From a bacterium (GTDB lineage: Bacteria; UBA10199; 2-02-FULL-50-16; JAJFLM01), in NCBI GenBank assembly GCA_965216315.1, contig CBDCFN010000016.1, positions 1,984,001 through 2,048,000 of the forward strand: DNA of 64,000 bases, written 5' to 3'. A model generated the notes under the pieces. It did not search any database, was not told the origin of the DNA, and saw only the letters and a list, made by a program, of their open reading frames with translations. This document shows, in pieces, positions 9,801 through 20,293 of this stretch. Within the stretch, counting starts at the first letter, position 1. Every line of letters starts with the position of its first letter. The position numbers and the translations under genes are program-made.

Positions 9801-12800
9801 TTGGCAAAATTCACTACAGCCATCACCGCTGACCGGAAGACAAACGGCACTGTTCGGATCGACACAGCCGCTGACGTCAGCCGTCGTGCAAGCCACATTG
9901 ATATCATCGCTGCAGACGCCACCGTCGTCGCACTGCTCGCCGGCAACACCTTGCGTATGACCATCGCCGCAAACGGCGCTCTTGCAGTCATCTGTGCATA
10001 AGTCGTGATTATCGATGTTGCCGTCGTCGCATTCTTCGGCGACGAGTTGTCCCGTCACCGGGTCGACAAAAACATTGGTGATGCCATCACCGCATTCCTC
10101 GATCTGGCAAGACCGGCCGCAGCCATCTTTATCCTGCGTGATGCAGACCGCGCTGTTCGGATCGGCACAGCTGGTTACATTATCAATGGTGCAGGGCACA
10201 TTGGGATCATCACTACAAACACCGCCGTCGTCGCATTCTTCGCCGGTATCCAGGACACCGTTACCGCAATTCGGCCCGCCGTTGCCACCATCGCCGCCAC
10301 ATTCCAGTTCGCAGGAATCCGGATGACAATAACAGTTGTCGGGTACATCCGGGTTTCCGTCTGCATCAAATTCGCATTCTTCCAGTGCCTCGATCTCACC
10401 ATTGCCACAGACGGGTCCTTGGCAATCGTTGCCGCAGGCATCATTGTCGACATTATTGCCGTCGTCGCATTCCTCGTCGTCGTCGGTGTTGGGGATGTTG
10501 TCAGGTCCATCCGGGTCGGTAACACCGTCCCCGCAGGATTCAATGTTGCAGGCATTGTTGCAACCATCACCATTCCTTTGAACACAGGGGGTCGGGTCGC
10601 CGTTGGCGTCGACCGGGCACTGCGAAACACTCGTACAGGCGCTTCCGCCTACAAGACAGTGTTGGCCGTCGTCGCACTCTTCGTCCTTGTCGAGGATACC
10701 GTTGCCACAGGATTCAAGTATGCAGAATTCGCTGCAGCCCGGGTGCCGGATCGGTTCACAAAAGTTGAACTTGAGGATCGGATCGCAGTCAAAATCAGAG
10801 GTGCACGCGGTGCCGGTTTGGGAACAAGCACCACCCTCATCACAGCTTTCAAAGGGAGGTTCAACGACACCGTTGCCGCATCGGGAATCATTCAATTCGA
10901 TCGCGCCCCGGTCGCAGGCAGCATCCGGTCCGTAGCGGTCCGTGCCAAGTTGGTCGTCGGCGGGACAATCGTTACTGCCCGTATCGTTGGCAATACTGGA
11001 CGCAAGCAGCGGGCAATGCGGTTCGCCGGCGATGCTTGATGAGGTGTCGCAGACGTCCAGGCCGGCATCCGTATCGGGCGATACCATAATGTCGTTCGTC
11101 ATCGCCGCAACAATCGCGCCGCTTAAGTCGCCAAGGAGGTTAAAGTCGTTCGAGTTCAGTCCACCGCTGTAATTGGGTCCACTCGCTTTGGCGGTGTTCT
11201 CTGCCAGGATCGCGTTTCTCATGCTCGTGTTGCTGTTGAGGCTGAAGACACCGCCGCCCTCCTCACTAGCCAGGTTGCGCGCAATCGTGGAACTGAAGAT
11301 ATTGATATAGGTCTCCGGGATGACAAAAGGATCCGTCGAACCCGGATCCGGAAAGACGATGCGCGCCTGCTGAAGTTCGGTGCTGCTAACATCCAGGTAA
11401 GCATTCGTCTGAAGGCTGTTTCTAATCGTATCATTGGTGACAATCTGGTTTCCATCGGTACGGCTTCCGTCGCCACCGTCATTGCGGCCACCATCCCCAC
11501 CGTCGTCGAAGATTGACTGGCAGATATTGGGATCCCCCAAGATGAAGAAACCGCCGCCCAGTTTGGCCTCGTTTTCAAAGACGCTGGTATTGGTAATGCC
11601 GACGTCACTGCACAAAAAAGCCAGTCCGCCGCCGAACTCGCCGGCGAGGTTGCTGTGGAAAGCGCTCTGTTCGATCGTGACATTACTGACAGCAGCGCCG
11701 ATCGCCCCGCCCAGTCCCGTGATACTGTTAACCTCCGAAGAGTCCTCAGCGATGACGAGGTTGTCTGTAAATGTAGAATTGCCGATGTTGAGGTTGCCCG
11801 CCGCCATGACGATGGCGCCCCCGATCGAGGACACGTTACCGGCAAATATTGAGTCCGTGATCTCGACTGTCGAAAGAAACTCCGTCGCGACGGCACCGCC
11901 AATGCCGTCTTCGCGGCCCACTGTCAGCGGATGCGGTGTCGTCAGCGTGCTGTTGCCTTTCAAGGTAGACTGATGGATTTCTAAGATACCGGGCCCGCCG
12001 CCACCGTTGTTGTCGTCACCTTCCTCACCGACGAGGAGTGCACCGCCGTTATAACATTCATCGCAGATCTCAGGTTGGCATTGGTCGGTACAACCATCTC
12101 CGTTCTGCGGGGCGCAGATTTCTTGACGATTGGCACTGCAAGGATTCTTGGCATCGCAGAAGGCACCGAGTTCCCCCGTCGTGACATCCAGGCAGCGGCC
12201 ACCGTCGTCGCATAACTCTGCCGGCGCATCGACGATACCATCCCCGCAGGATTCCAGTTGACAGAAGCTGTCACAGCCGTCCCCGGATTGCGGGATGCAA
12301 TCATTGGCGGCGCCATCGACGACCGGACAAGGATTATTGGCGTCGCAGACGGACCCGTCCGCGGAACAAAGACCGCCGTCATCACACTGCTCGCCATTAA
12401 CGGGTTCTTTTACGCCGTTACCGCAGGAGGCATTGTCTCCGCTGTTCAAGCGCCGACAATTGAAATCACAAGGAGGGCCGCTCGTATCGCCGGGATCGCA
12501 TTGCTCACCGTTTTCGACGATGCCATTGCCGCAGCTTTCCAATTGGCAGTCGGCACTACAGCCATCGCCATCGACTCGCTCTCCGTCGTCGCATTGTTCA
12601 CCTACATCCACCTGGACGATGCCATCACCACAGAACAGCGGATCGCAACCGGGATTGAATTTATTGATACTAAGGTTGTTGAATGACGCCAGGCCGCGAA
12701 CATGGGCGAGCCGGAAGAAAATGTCTCCATCGGGATCCGAGCCGAGACCGACAAGGTCCGCAACGCCACCGCCGTCGATAATGACCGGAGCCTCAATCAC

Positions 12801-13151
12801 AGGCAGTGCGTTGGGGCCGTTGCAGGCATTCAAATTGAAATTATCGACCTGCGTAAATTGGTAGATGCCGGCCGTGAGGACAATAGTGTCTGTCCCGTTG
12901 CCGGGAGTACAGCCGTCGACTTGTTCTTCGCGCCTCGAGGCTTCGAGCGCCTCGCCGAAAGAACATTTTCCGTCCTGGTCACCGCCGATCGTGGGAGGAC
13001 CTGACGGCAATTCGCCGCAGCGAAGTGGCGCAGCCGCCCCGCTATTACATTGGACCGTCGTATCGACGATAATCGTCGCCCCGTAGGCGCTGCCCGCAAT
13101 ACTTAAAGTGATTAAAAAGAAAAGAGTCTTACCCAGCGTCTTTGCGTTCAA
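6843..13151 (-). CDS. Giant secreted Cys-rich surface protein: CSLREA-like N-terminus, beta-helix/choice-of-anchor-Q-like region, DUF4215 (myxobacterial Cys-rich) repeats, TSP3-like Ca-binding repeats, C-terminal TM sorting signal
   Basis: Signal peptide; CSFGEA; GGA-rich repeats and CDRGAIE; dozens of CGDG...EECDDGN...DGC units; [26 protein letters not shown] + hydrophobic helix + RKRQ; RBS AGAGGGG before TTG. Confidence 0.9.
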   Translation of the reverse strand: MNAKTLGKTLFFLITLSIAGSAYGATIIVDTTVQCNSGAAAPLRCGELPSGPPTIGGDQDGKCSFGEALEASRREEQVDGCTPGNGTDTIVLTAGIYQFTQVDNFNLNACNGPNALPVIEAPVIIDGGGVADLVGLGSDPDGDIFFRLAHVRGLASFNNLSINKFNPGCDPLFCGDGIVQVDVGEQCDDGERVDGDGCSADCQLESCGNGIVENGEQCDPGDTSGPPCDFNCRRLNSGDNASCGNGVKEPVNGEQCDDGGLCSADGSVCDANNPCPVVDGAANDCIPQSGDGCDSFCQLESCGDGIVDAPAELCDDGGRCLDVTTGELGAFCDAKNPCSANRQEICAPQNGDGCTDQCQPEICDECYNGGALLVGEEGDDNNGGGGPGILEIHQSTLKGNSTLTTPHPLTVGREDGIGGAVATEFLSTVEITDSIFAGNVSSIGGAIVMAAGNLNIGNSTFTDNLVIAEDSSEVNSITGLGGAIGAAVSNVTIEQSAFHSNLAGEFGGGLAFLCSDVGITNTSVFENEAKLGGGFFILGDPNICQSIFDDGGDGGRNDGGDGSRTDGNQIVTNDTIRNSLQTNAYLDVSSTELQQARIVFPDPGSTDPFVIPETYINIFSSTIARNLASEEGGGVFSLNSNTSMRNAILAENTAKASGPNYSGGLNSNDFNLLGDLSGAIVAAMTNDIMVSPDTDAGLDVCDTSSSIAGEPHCPLLASSIANDTGSNDCPADDQLGTDRYGPDAACDRGAIELNDSRCGNGVVEPPFESCDEGGACSQTGTACTSDFDCDPILKFNFCEPIRHPGCSEFCILESCGNGILDKDEECDDGQHCLVGGSACTSVSQCPVDANGDPTPCVQRNGDGCNNACNIESCGDGVTDPDGPDNIPNTDDDEECDDGNNVDNDACGNDCQGPVCGNGEIEALEECEFDADGNPDVPDNCYCHPDSCELECGGDGGNGGPNCGNGVLDTGEECDDGGVCSDDPNVPCTIDNVTSCADPNSAVCITQDKDGCGRSCQIEECGDGITNVFVDPVTGQLVAEECDDGNIDNHDLCTDDCKSAVCGDGHTQGVAGEQCDDGGVCSDDINVACTTADVSGCVDPNSAVCLPVSGDGCSEFCQPERCGDGVLDLNGIDNDITTLDDNEECDDGAQSNGDGCDANCKLEACGDGIQQPSEECDDNNLIDGDGCNHLCREERCGDGVLDPDGADNTIGGGDDEECDDGNQSDNDGCSATCQLEACGDNIQQPSEECDDGDLDDNDGCSHLCREERCGDGIQQSGEDCDDGNQSSGDGCSDTCVAESCGDGSIQPLLGEECEPPNSGNCDAICHVIAPFCGDGNTDPGEECDDGAGNSTDPDATCRPGCVNQRCGDGILDPNDGEECDDGNQSSGDGCSDTCVAESCGDGSIQPLLGEQCEPPSVDDCDAACQLIAPFCGDGNPDPGEECDDGAANSNDPDANCRPGCVLSRCGDGIRDSVAGEECDDGNQSSGDGCSDTCVAESCGDGSIQPLLGEECEPPNSGNCDAICHVIAPFCGDGNTDPGEDCDNGAGNSTDPDASCRPGCINQRCGDGILDPNDGEECDDGNQSSGDGCSDICIVEPRCGNGVVEGTEVCDDGNVNPNDGCTTSCLNAACGDGFVQFGTEDCDDGNNSNGDGCSESCEIEARCGDGNLDDGEECDDANNNSLDGCSSTCVIEECGDGITQATLGEECDDGNDTDDDECSNTCEKPSCGDGVPQAGEDCDDGNTDPHDSCKNDCSENICGDGVVQLTGDGVEECDDGNGVNDDSCSDECIEAVCGDGIVQIAAGEECDPEDGVDYAALGLICANCELEGGSCGNGIPEGSEECDDGDNDNSNSCTNNCTQAFCGDSIVGPGEECDNGVANQFYNKCLPDCTSAFCGDGFVQSGVEQCDDANGVDGDGCDTDCMPSDGSEDFCPTDPEKDFDVDSDGDGVLDCNDECPDDPNKTEEGDCGCGEADLDENQNGITDCLETGLEQVDQCPDDPDKTDDVDSDGDGVLDCNDDCPDDPQRVELGACDRCEHLVVDVSAPRDGFFDCLEVEGGGGSSSCSLTSASFAERVNAGLPWAVLALCLLVLGTLRKRQSLAARIK
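8390..9320 (-). repeat. Three tandem 297-bp (99-aa) intragenic repeat units
   Basis: GGTT(G/C)CCGTCATCACA recurs at 8411, 8708, 9005 and 9302 (period 297). Confidence 0.9.
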
Positions 13152-13438
13152 GTAGTTGCCCCCTCTAGTGCGCCATCATCAGGGGTAATTGTACCGTTTT
13201 CCGGGGCAAAATGAAGCCACTTGTCATGCGAAAGTCTTCGCTGGAGGTTGGCTATCCATTTAACTAATTGAAATTATTAATTAATATTAAATATAAAAAA
13301 ATGTTCTGATTAAGGGGCAATTGGCACAAAGTTTTATCGATATGAGAATTTTAGTAAAATTGCCTTTTGATCTGCGGCTTTATGCGTGGCGCCGCAAAAG
13401 AGTGGATTCGGCTGCTTCACTTGCAGGACCTTCACACC

Positions 13439-14674
13439 TCAATCCGACATAAACTCAATCAACTCCTGATGCTGACTCTTAGCGTCCTCAAAACCGAGAT
13501 CTAAGAGCCGTTTGAGATAGTGTGGTGAAAAGCTCAAATAGGATAAGAGGTCGACGCCGCTATAAGGGTCGACGTCCATCGTGCGGAGCAGAAACTTTTC
13601 GAAAAAGGTCTGCTCATCCTTATTGCGCTGCCGAAAGCATTCTTTGAAGATTTCGCCGATGTCCACCGAAGGTCGGATGTGCAAGACTTTGAGATGCTTG
13701 AGTCCACGGTCAGCGATATCGCCCTCGATGTTGTGATCCTCGATCATCTGATTGACTTCGCTTAAAAAAGTCGGACCGTGGACCTTCTCTCCCCACTCGA
13801 TAATGCGGTTGATGCGATTCAGCTGTTCAAAGTCATACTGCACGCGATCTAAAAAGATCGCATTCATCACCCGACTCACGATGGCCCCTAACGACGGTTG
13901 ACGCCCTCGCTCTCCCCGCTCGGGAGCGGCCTCACCGGGAAGGGCCCGATGATTCAAGCCAATCGCCAACACCCGGTCTGCACCGAGATGAATGGCCGGA
14001 GACAACGGCGTATTCAGGCGCAGACCGCCGTCGATATAGGGAATATCGCCGATCATCACTGCCGGAAAAACAATTGGAATCGCCGCCGAGGCACGGGCAT
14101 GGTTAGGCATGATTTCCGTAATGTGCGCTACACAATCACCTTGATAAGCGGTCTGGTCATGCTTCTCAACGAATAATTCCAAACGCCCCGTAAGCACGTT
14201 GGTGACAACCAGCGAAATCGCATCGATTAAGCCGTCATTGATATTCCGGCTCAAGCGTTTCCAATCGATGATGCGACAGATAAACGGATTGAACGGCGAG
14301 GTGTCCAAGAAACCCGGAAAGTGCGGGTTCGCCTGACCCGGCCGCCTGAATACTTTCTCCAAAAACCCGACGCTGGTCTTGCGCAGAAAACCCGCGAGCG
14401 CACTCAGGTTACGTCGATAGATATCCTCACTACGCACGTCTTCCCACAGTTTCCTGATCGCACGCGCCTGCAAGTCATGGTCGTGCGCCGTCGAGACCAT
14501 AAAACAGGTATTGATGGCGCCCACCGACGAGCCGCACTGAATATCAAAACGCCGCGTCCGAACCGGATTCGGCAGCATCGTGCGAATGTAATGAATGATC
14601 CCCGCTTCGTACGCCCCCCGCGCTCCGCCGCCGGATAAAACTAATGCGATTTTAGCCGGCCGCGACTCCGTCAT
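13439..14674 (-). CDS. Patatin-like phospholipase
   Basis: GGGARG oxyanion motif, GSSVG nucleophile elbow, DGG motif. Confidence 0.92.
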   Translation of the reverse strand: MTESRPAKIALVLSGGGARGAYEAGIIHYIRTMLPNPVRTRRFDIQCGSSVGAINTCFMVSTAHDHDLQARAIRKLWEDVRSEDIYRRNLSALAGFLRKTSVGFLEKVFRRPGQANPHFPGFLDTSPFNPFICRIIDWKRLSRNINDGLIDAISLVVTNVLTGRLELFVEKHDQTAYQGDCVAHITEIMPNHARASAAIPIVFPAVMIGDIPYIDGGLRLNTPLSPAIHLGADRVLAIGLNHRALPGEAAPERGERGRQPSLGAIVSRVMNAIFLDRVQYDFEQLNRINRIIEWGEKVHGPTFLSEVNQMIEDHNIEGDIADRGLKHLKVLHIRPSVDIGEIFKECFRQRNKDEQTFFEKFLLRTMDVDPYSGVDLLSYLSFSPHYLKRLLDLGFEDAKSQHQELIEFMSD

Positions 14675-14726
14675 GGCGGGCGATTATAGCCGAATAGCTG
14701 GATTTTTTATAGCTATTACGACGGTA

Positions 14727-15548
14727 TTACCGTTTCCACAGATAGAACGAATCCGTCACGTAGGTCATTTTATCCTCGCCGACTTGGCGGATCGCAATCC
14801 GATAACCGTGCCCCCGTATCTCCGGGGCATCATCCGGAAGTTCCTCGCGACCATCAAAGAACGATAGTTTCGTCTCCCCATCGACAGTGTGCGTCCCCAA
14901 ATCCAGTACATGCTTGAAATCGGGGCCAACAACCAATGACGCCTCGAGCTCAACCGGGCCGTCCGTTTCAACGGCAACAACAACAGGCTCGAACAATAAG
15001 ACGGGATAATGATCCGGATCAATTTTAGTCACCGAACTGATTGTCCCCGCAACATTCGATAGGTCCGGCCTTTCCGCATAGTCCCCTGCATTAAAGGAAG
15101 CATCGGACGCGACATCCCAGGAAAATCGAACGCCAAACCCGCCACTAAAGGCCAGATTATCGAAATCCGTCGTGGCGAGACCCGTGTACGCAGTCAGGCC
15201 GACGTGATCGGTCACGTTAGCTAAGAAAAGGACGCCGGCCTCTCCGGTGGTCACAAGGTCACCGCTCGTCAGGCTCTCTATGTCTTCAGTCACTCCCAAC
15301 TGCCCCCCGAGCCAAACATCGGGATCAAGCTGGCCTAAAAGGCCGAAATGAAACGCAACATTATACGAAGGAATCTCGGCGGAGCCCCCATCGAAAGGCA
15401 CGAGCAACTCCGCCGCCGCCGTCGCATCGATGAGCAGGTCATCGGTCTCAATTTGTAGGTTAGGTCCAATCGAACCACCCAACAGTGTCTGACCTGCCCC
15501 GGATAAAACGGAACTGTCCAGTTCAATACCTAAACGCACCTCTCCCAC
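14727..15548 (-). CDS. Hypothetical protein; N-terminal half resembles amphipathic beta-barrel strands
   Basis: 273-aa ORF, RBS GGAGG before GTG, alternating hydrophobic pattern ending GGFGVRFSW. Confidence 0.65.
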   Translation of the reverse strand: MGEVRLGIELDSSVLSGAGQTLLGGSIGPNLQIETDDLLIDATAAAELLVPFDGGSAEIPSYNVAFHFGLLGQLDPDVWLGGQLGVTEDIESLTSGDLVTTGEAGVLFLANVTDHVGLTAYTGLATTDFDNLAFSGGFGVRFSWDVASDASFNAGDYAERPDLSNVAGTISSVTKIDPDHYPVLLFEPVVVAVETDGPVELEASLVVGPDFKHVLDLGTHTVDGETKLSFFDGREELPDDAPEIRGHGYRIAIRQVGEDKMTYVTDSFYLWKR

Positions 15549-15610
15549 AACACACCTCCACGGCTCATTGCATACTGCTAATTGTTCATGAAGTATCGCA
15601 CCTAGGGAGA

Positions 15611-15637
15611 TTATCGGCGCTTAGACAAGAGAAGTTC
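15611..15637 (-). promoter_or_regulatory. Sigma28-like promoter
   Basis: Minus strand GAAC-N15-GCCGATAA, about 60 nt upstream of the 15548 start. Confidence 0.55.
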
Positions 15638-15661
15638 TGACGACAATTTGCGAAACGGTTT

Positions 15662-16066
15662 CTAATTCGCCCGCTTAAGAGTACAGATGATTGATTCTGC
15701 ATCTGCATAGTCTACAATGATACCACCAAGATCAAGGGCCCCGTGAGCTTGAATAACCACATTATATTTAATCGAATTTGACATCACTAACTTCGCTGAA
15801 TTCATACAAGACCGCATTATTTCACGCACAGAACTGTTTCCCATATTCAAATTATCAAAACGAAATCCGTCAAGCCCTTGAATGCTTTCTCCAATAATAT
15901 AGATCCGTGTCGTCCCGAAATTCGTGTTGTAAAGATGCGTGACATCCGTAATTTTTGTGAACTCGGCCGTATGAGTCTTTGGAGGATCGGCCGCAATCAC
16001 GATTTGACCGACAAACATCACTGCAATAAATGAAAGCAAACCGGCTAAGCGAACCCTATTTTTCAT
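15662..16066 (-). CDS. Small secreted hypothetical protein
   Basis: RBS GAAGGAG before MKNRV; signal peptide; two Cys. Confidence 0.75.
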   Translation of the reverse strand: MKNRVRLAGLLSFIAVMFVGQIVIAADPPKTHTAEFTKITDVTHLYNTNFGTTRIYIIGESIQGLDGFRFDNLNMGNSSVREIMRSCMNSAKLVMSNSIKYNVVIQAHGALDLGGIIVDYADAESIICTLKRAN

Positions 16067-16084
16067 ATTTTTCTCCTTCATTGC

Positions 16085-16492
16085 TTAAAACTCTCCCATG
16101 ATGATGCGCCATTCTTCTTCCAGCTGTCCCGCTAGCAGAGCGGCCTTGGCCTTAAACGGCACCGCAAAAACCGAAAACGGATTAGGCCCCGACTCGTTGC
16201 CAGGCCCTGAGTCGGCCTCCCCCCCTCCAGCGGACGGATCCTCCGCCAATGGGTCTCCGGCCGGTGAATCGGACCCAGCCTCAGCTTCGGCTTCAACCTC
16301 GGGTTCTCCACCCTCATCGACAACATCATCACTCGCAAATGGCTCCTCATTCACCTCTTCAGCGGAACCTGCATCGCCGGCCGGTAATGACGTCCCCTGA
16401 CAAGCGGATAGCAGGAAAGTAACGGCGCAAGCTATGGAGATAAAAGGGGAAATCCCGATACGGCAGAGGCTGAAATTCATTGCACGCATCAT
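16085..16492 (-). CDS. Acidic low-complexity lipoprotein
   Basis: Lipobox LSAC followed by D/E/P/G-rich tail and a short C-terminal helix. Confidence 0.7.
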   Translation of the reverse strand: MMRAMNFSLCRIGISPFISIACAVTFLLSACQGTSLPAGDAGSAEEVNEEPFASDDVVDEGGEPEVEAEAEAGSDSPAGDPLAEDPSAGGGEADSGPGNESGPNPFSVFAVPFKAKAALLAGQLEEEWRIIMGEF

Positions 16493-16600
16493 AGCATAGG
16501 GGACTCCACCCTCACCACGGAATTGTGCCTAAAAGTGCTTACACGAGTTAACAGATACTGAACCCGGCGAGAAACCCGATCCCGTCTCACGGCCGAAAAC

Positions 16601-17242
16601 TTGGGAATGAACACATCCACCTCTTTCTTCAAATTCACGTTGTTTCTCTTCTCACTCAGCCTGGTCACGGCCTGCCATTATAGTGGCGGCATTACTGATT
16701 CGGATTATGACTTCGGCCCGTCGATTACGGAAGACCTTCCCCCTGAAGTCGCTGAAGCCATCGCCGAGGATATCGAAACCGAATTCGACCGACAGGCAAA
16801 TGAAGACGAAATTATTGATGAAGTAAGATCAACGGAATTGAGCGATGAGCTCCTTGAAGAGCTTGATAAAACCGAAGCCCTTGGCAACGATGATACTGAG
16901 CTGGACGAAGAAAACACCGCAAACAACGGATCCGAAACAGATGCTGAAGAACCCACCGTGGAACCCGAAGAACCGAGCGAAGTCGTCGTCACTCCCGCCA
17001 ATCCGGATGCCAATATCACCGTAAGCCCGACTTTTACGAATATTGAGACCAGCATACAGCCGCACTGGGAACCGCGTCCCGCAGTTCGCCAAATTCCTCC
17101 CCGCGAAGAAGAAATCAATTACAACAACACCATCTCTTACGACGTTTCCGATGAACGACAGGAGTTCGACATAGCCGATACCGTTTACTACGAAGCGGAT
17201 AATAATAATAATCGTGACTGCCGCCGCTGCAGGCGTGATTAA
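16601..17242 (+). CDS. Acidic hypothetical lipoprotein
   Basis: Lipobox VTAC; acidic disordered body. Confidence 0.7.
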   Translation: MGMNTSTSFFKFTLFLFSLSLVTACHYSGGITDSDYDFGPSITEDLPPEVAEAIAEDIETEFDRQANEDEIIDEVRSTELSDELLEELDKTEALGNDDTELDEENTANNGSETDAEEPTVEPEEPSEVVVTPANPDANITVSPTFTNIETSIQPHWEPRPAVRQIPPREEEINYNNTISYDVSDERQEFDIADTVYYEADNNNNRDCRRCRRD

Positions 17243-17306
17243 AATCAGTTATACTCGTTAGAAAAGTTTTCTCGCGCCTATTGACCATTTTCGCTACAAT
17301 TCCAGC

Positions 17307-18509
17307 GTGGGTCTCTGGAAGCGCACGCGGATTTGGGCTGTACTCTTCACCTTCCTCGCTCTGGCCAGTTGTTCAGGTACGGGAACACCGGGTGATACTC
17401 TCCCTGCTGCACCACCCGTGCCACCAGCAGAAATTCCTTCGTTTCTTCAATTTCCAGAAAGTCTAGCCATCGATTTCAGTGAGTTAAATCAAGCAGAGGG
17501 CAATCCGAGCGTTTCGGCATTGCAAACTCAATTTGCCAGTGATCAGACACGCGAAGAAATTATCCGTGATCGGATTGAATTCATCGTCGGAAGTAGCAAC
17601 GAGTTTAATGAAACCCTGGAATTCCTCTTGCAGCCGGCCAGCAATGCCCGGATTCCCGTCAGGCCTCAACAACAAGACTTTGAAACAGTCGTGGAAATGA
17701 CCGGAATGGTCGAAGGGTTCCCGCAAACGGTCAGCCTCAACGCTGTCTTCGATTTCCGTGACTTTGACTTCGACGGAGACAATCAACCGGATGGCTGTTC
17801 TGGCTGTACCTGCCCGGTCGGCTGTGAAGCCGATGGCCTCAGCGTCTGTCCTGCCGAGGCCCCTGCCACCGATTTCAAGCCCGTTTGTTTTCGGATCTGG
17901 TTAAACAATGAACGCTATATGGCGGGAAAGTTTGATGCCTCCCCGGCTTCATTGCCCACGGAGGGTAACCCGGGTGCCGGCGTCTTTCGCGCCAGTGAAA
18001 CTCTTGATATGCCCAACGTTGAAGCCGAGATATCGAGCGCACGTATTGGTGCCAACTATGATCAAAGAGACTCAGACAAGCAATTCAATGATTTGTTTTT
18101 GCATGCCTTCCTCGGCGGAGTTAATCCTATCGCAACGCATATCATCTCGGAAGCAGTCCTGTCCGGCGCAGACCTAATCAAAACCTTTAATGCCACTGCC
18201 AACATCTTCGACAGTCCGGAAGATAAAAATCCACAATTTTTTGCCAAACAGGTCTCCAAATTCAGAGAAGGTACTGACTTTATCGGACTTCATGTAGTCG
18301 CCGGCGGTATTGATGACGATACGGGCGAGTTTACCGGAGAGCTACCCATCCTCTCTCCCCCCATCTGCGCCCAGATCTCGACGGCCATTGAGACATCCCT
18401 TGGGATTTGCCAGGACCTCGAAATCGATGTTACCGGAATTGATTTTGCCTCTGATGTTCAAGAGGCAGATGTTACCTTGCCACCGCTCGACGACTTTCCC
18501 GATCTGTAA
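17307..18509 (+). CDS. Hypothetical lipoprotein with Cys cluster
   Basis: Lipobox LASC; DFDGD Ca-binding-like loop followed by CSGCTCPVGC. Confidence 0.75.
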   Translation: MGLWKRTRIWAVLFTFLALASCSGTGTPGDTLPAAPPVPPAEIPSFLQFPESLAIDFSELNQAEGNPSVSALQTQFASDQTREEIIRDRIEFIVGSSNEFNETLEFLLQPASNARIPVRPQQQDFETVVEMTGMVEGFPQTVSLNAVFDFRDFDFDGDNQPDGCSGCTCPVGCEADGLSVCPAEAPATDFKPVCFRIWLNNERYMAGKFDASPASLPTEGNPGAGVFRASETLDMPNVEAEISSARIGANYDQRDSDKQFNDLFLHAFLGGVNPIATHIISEAVLSGADLIKTFNATANIFDSPEDKNPQFFAKQVSKFREGTDFIGLHVVAGGIDDDTGEFTGELPILSPPICAQISTAIETSLGICQDLEIDVTGIDFASDVQEADVTLPPLDDFPDL

Positions 18510-18521
18510 CAAGTACGTCCG

Positions 18522-19082
18522 CTACCCAACCCGTTTCAGCGTATTCTTATCGATATGATGAAACAGCTCCGGCTGCCCCTTGATCTGTAGTTGCGTATCC
18601 TCTTCATAACTAAAGCTGTCATCATCGTGAATCGTAATCTTTAGCTCATAGCGCACGGTCTTAAATTCTTTATCCAAGAACTTATTCGAGCATATGCCGT
18701 AAGTTTCCGACCCGACCTCCGCACTCAGTTGAAAGGATTTGGCATCCGCCTCGACGGTCCCTCCGGCAATTACGGTCACTCCACGGGGTACCATGAAGCA
18801 ACGTAGTACCTGCTTGGCTTCGGCATCCCAGAGCCAATATCCCAGTTCTTCATGAAACGGATCTTCCTCACCGACCGGCCAGGCCGTCGTTGCATAACGC
18901 AACCCATACAGCTGTTGTTCGTGATTATTAACGGCACCAATTGGAGTAAATGTCATCCGCTCGCGAAACTTGTTAGTCTCCGTCCCTCTCTCATCAGAAG
19001 GGGCCGTATCATCGCCCTTTTCACCTTCCCAGGTACCGGCCAATGTCGATAAAGGACCTAAATTAACTATATCTTCGTCCAT
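18522..19082 (-). CDS. Nitrobindin / DUF1794 heme-binding beta-barrel protein
   Basis: LGPLxxLAGTWEG, FHEELGYWLWD, C-terminal HIDKNTL. Confidence 0.88.
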   Translation of the reverse strand: MDEDIVNLGPLSTLAGTWEGEKGDDTAPSDERGTETNKFRERMTFTPIGAVNNHEQQLYGLRYATTAWPVGEEDPFHEELGYWLWDAEAKQVLRCFMVPRGVTVIAGGTVEADAKSFQLSAEVGSETYGICSNKFLDKEFKTVRYELKITIHDDDSFSYEEDTQLQIKGQPELFHHIDKNTLKRVG

Positions 19083-19100
19083 AAATTCCCCCCTTTAACT

Positions 19101-20096
19101 TTAAGCGATAAAATAGTGCATCTCTTGGAGTAAGCCAATCTGTTCTTTGATGCTGAGTAAGAATTCTTCCCAATAGCGCCGCTCTCGATAATAAGGAAAG
19201 GCCCGTTGAAAAATAGCCTCTTCATAGCGCTGCCCAATCCAGGCCGCATGGCGAATCATGCGTAAGGTCCTGAGCGGCTCTGTCAAACGCAAAGTTTTTG
19301 GATCGAACTCACGAAATATCGAATACCCCTCAAAAAAAGCTTCTTGCTGGCGCCGCTTATCTTCCTCGCTCCCATTAAAGAGCATCCAAATATCTTGTAC
19401 CGGCGGCGCCAGCACCATATCGTCAAAGTCGACGAGATGAAGGCCGTCTTGATTCCACAGTATATTACCCGGATGACAGTCTCCATGAAGGGTAATCGTT
19501 TCTAAATATTCATGGAAGCACGGGGTCACCAATTGCAGGGCTTGATCCAAATGGGCGGAAATACTTTCTCGCAGATCATCCGGCAGGAAGTTCTGGCGCA
19601 GGATAAAGTCCAGGCTATCCGCACCATAAGTCGTTGGATTGAGATGAAGTCGATGTTGCGAATGAAAGGCGGCACCGACATTATGCAAGCGCCCTAAGGT
19701 GCGTCCGAGCCAGCGTCGATCATCATCCGAAATTTCAGCATGCTCGCGCCCCCGAAATTTAGGGTAAAAAGCGTAGTAGAAGCCATTGATCTCGCCCAAG
19801 GTCGAGACGACATCGAGCGGCTCACGCAGCATCAACGGCATGACAACCGGGATCTCAGCTGCATCCACTGCCTGCATAAAACGGTGTTCTTCAGCAATTG
19901 CGGCCGCGGACCACCGCCCGGGTCGGTAGTACTTGCCGATGATTGAGTCCCCAGATTCTAAGGTAATATCGTAGACACGATTCTCATAACTATTAAGCGG
20001 AAACAGGGCTCCTGTCGGCCGAAATCCTTGGGCTTCAGCCGCACGAAAACAAGTCTCCGGATCAAGCAACTCAAAACTATCAAGGTTTGGAGACAT
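19101..20096 (-). CDS. srkA: Stress response Ser/Thr kinase SrkA/RdoA (YihE)
   Basis: LNSYENRVY, KYYRPGRW, LHGDCHPGNILW, VDFDD, QDIWM, FQRAFP motifs. Confidence 0.93.
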   Translation of the reverse strand: MSPNLDSFELLDPETCFRAAEAQGFRPTGALFPLNSYENRVYDITLESGDSIIGKYYRPGRWSAAAIAEEHRFMQAVDAAEIPVVMPLMLREPLDVVSTLGEINGFYYAFYPKFRGREHAEISDDDRRWLGRTLGRLHNVGAAFHSQHRLHLNPTTYGADSLDFILRQNFLPDDLRESISAHLDQALQLVTPCFHEYLETITLHGDCHPGNILWNQDGLHLVDFDDMVLAPPVQDIWMLFNGSEEDKRRQQEAFFEGYSIFREFDPKTLRLTEPLRTLRMIRHAAWIGQRYEEAIFQRAFPYYRERRYWEEFLLSIKEQIGLLQEMHYFIA

Positions 20097-20255
20097 GGCT
20101 AGGCACCCGAGTAACCTGTTTACCGGGAAAAGCCAATCGCTTTTCGGACGAAAACCAATAGACTTCTGGTATCAGTTCTATAAATAGGTTTCTCCATGGA
20201 AATGATTGTGAGCGAGCGTCGGATTAACTCCGCGCGAGAGAACCAAACAGGGAGT

Positions 20256-20291
20256 ATGGGGGTGTTGGGCTCAGCACACACCCCCATTTTC
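20256..20291 (+). terminator. Terminator-like hairpin immediately upstream of the ABC-F start
   Basis: ATGGGGGTGT (20256-20265) / ACACCCCCAT (20278-20287) followed by T residues. Confidence 0.4.
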
Positions 20292-20293
20292 GA

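Noticed and set aside
6817..13099. Many long overlapping ORFs (e.g. 7792..9336 +, 10005..11039 +)
   Set aside because: Antisense or alternate-frame shadows of the repetitive Cys/Asp/Gly-rich gene; Ser/Pro-rich translations without RBS or domains.
13322..13337. TGGCAC as a sigma54 promoter
   Set aside because: Lacks the -12 TTGC and points away from the adjacent gene start.
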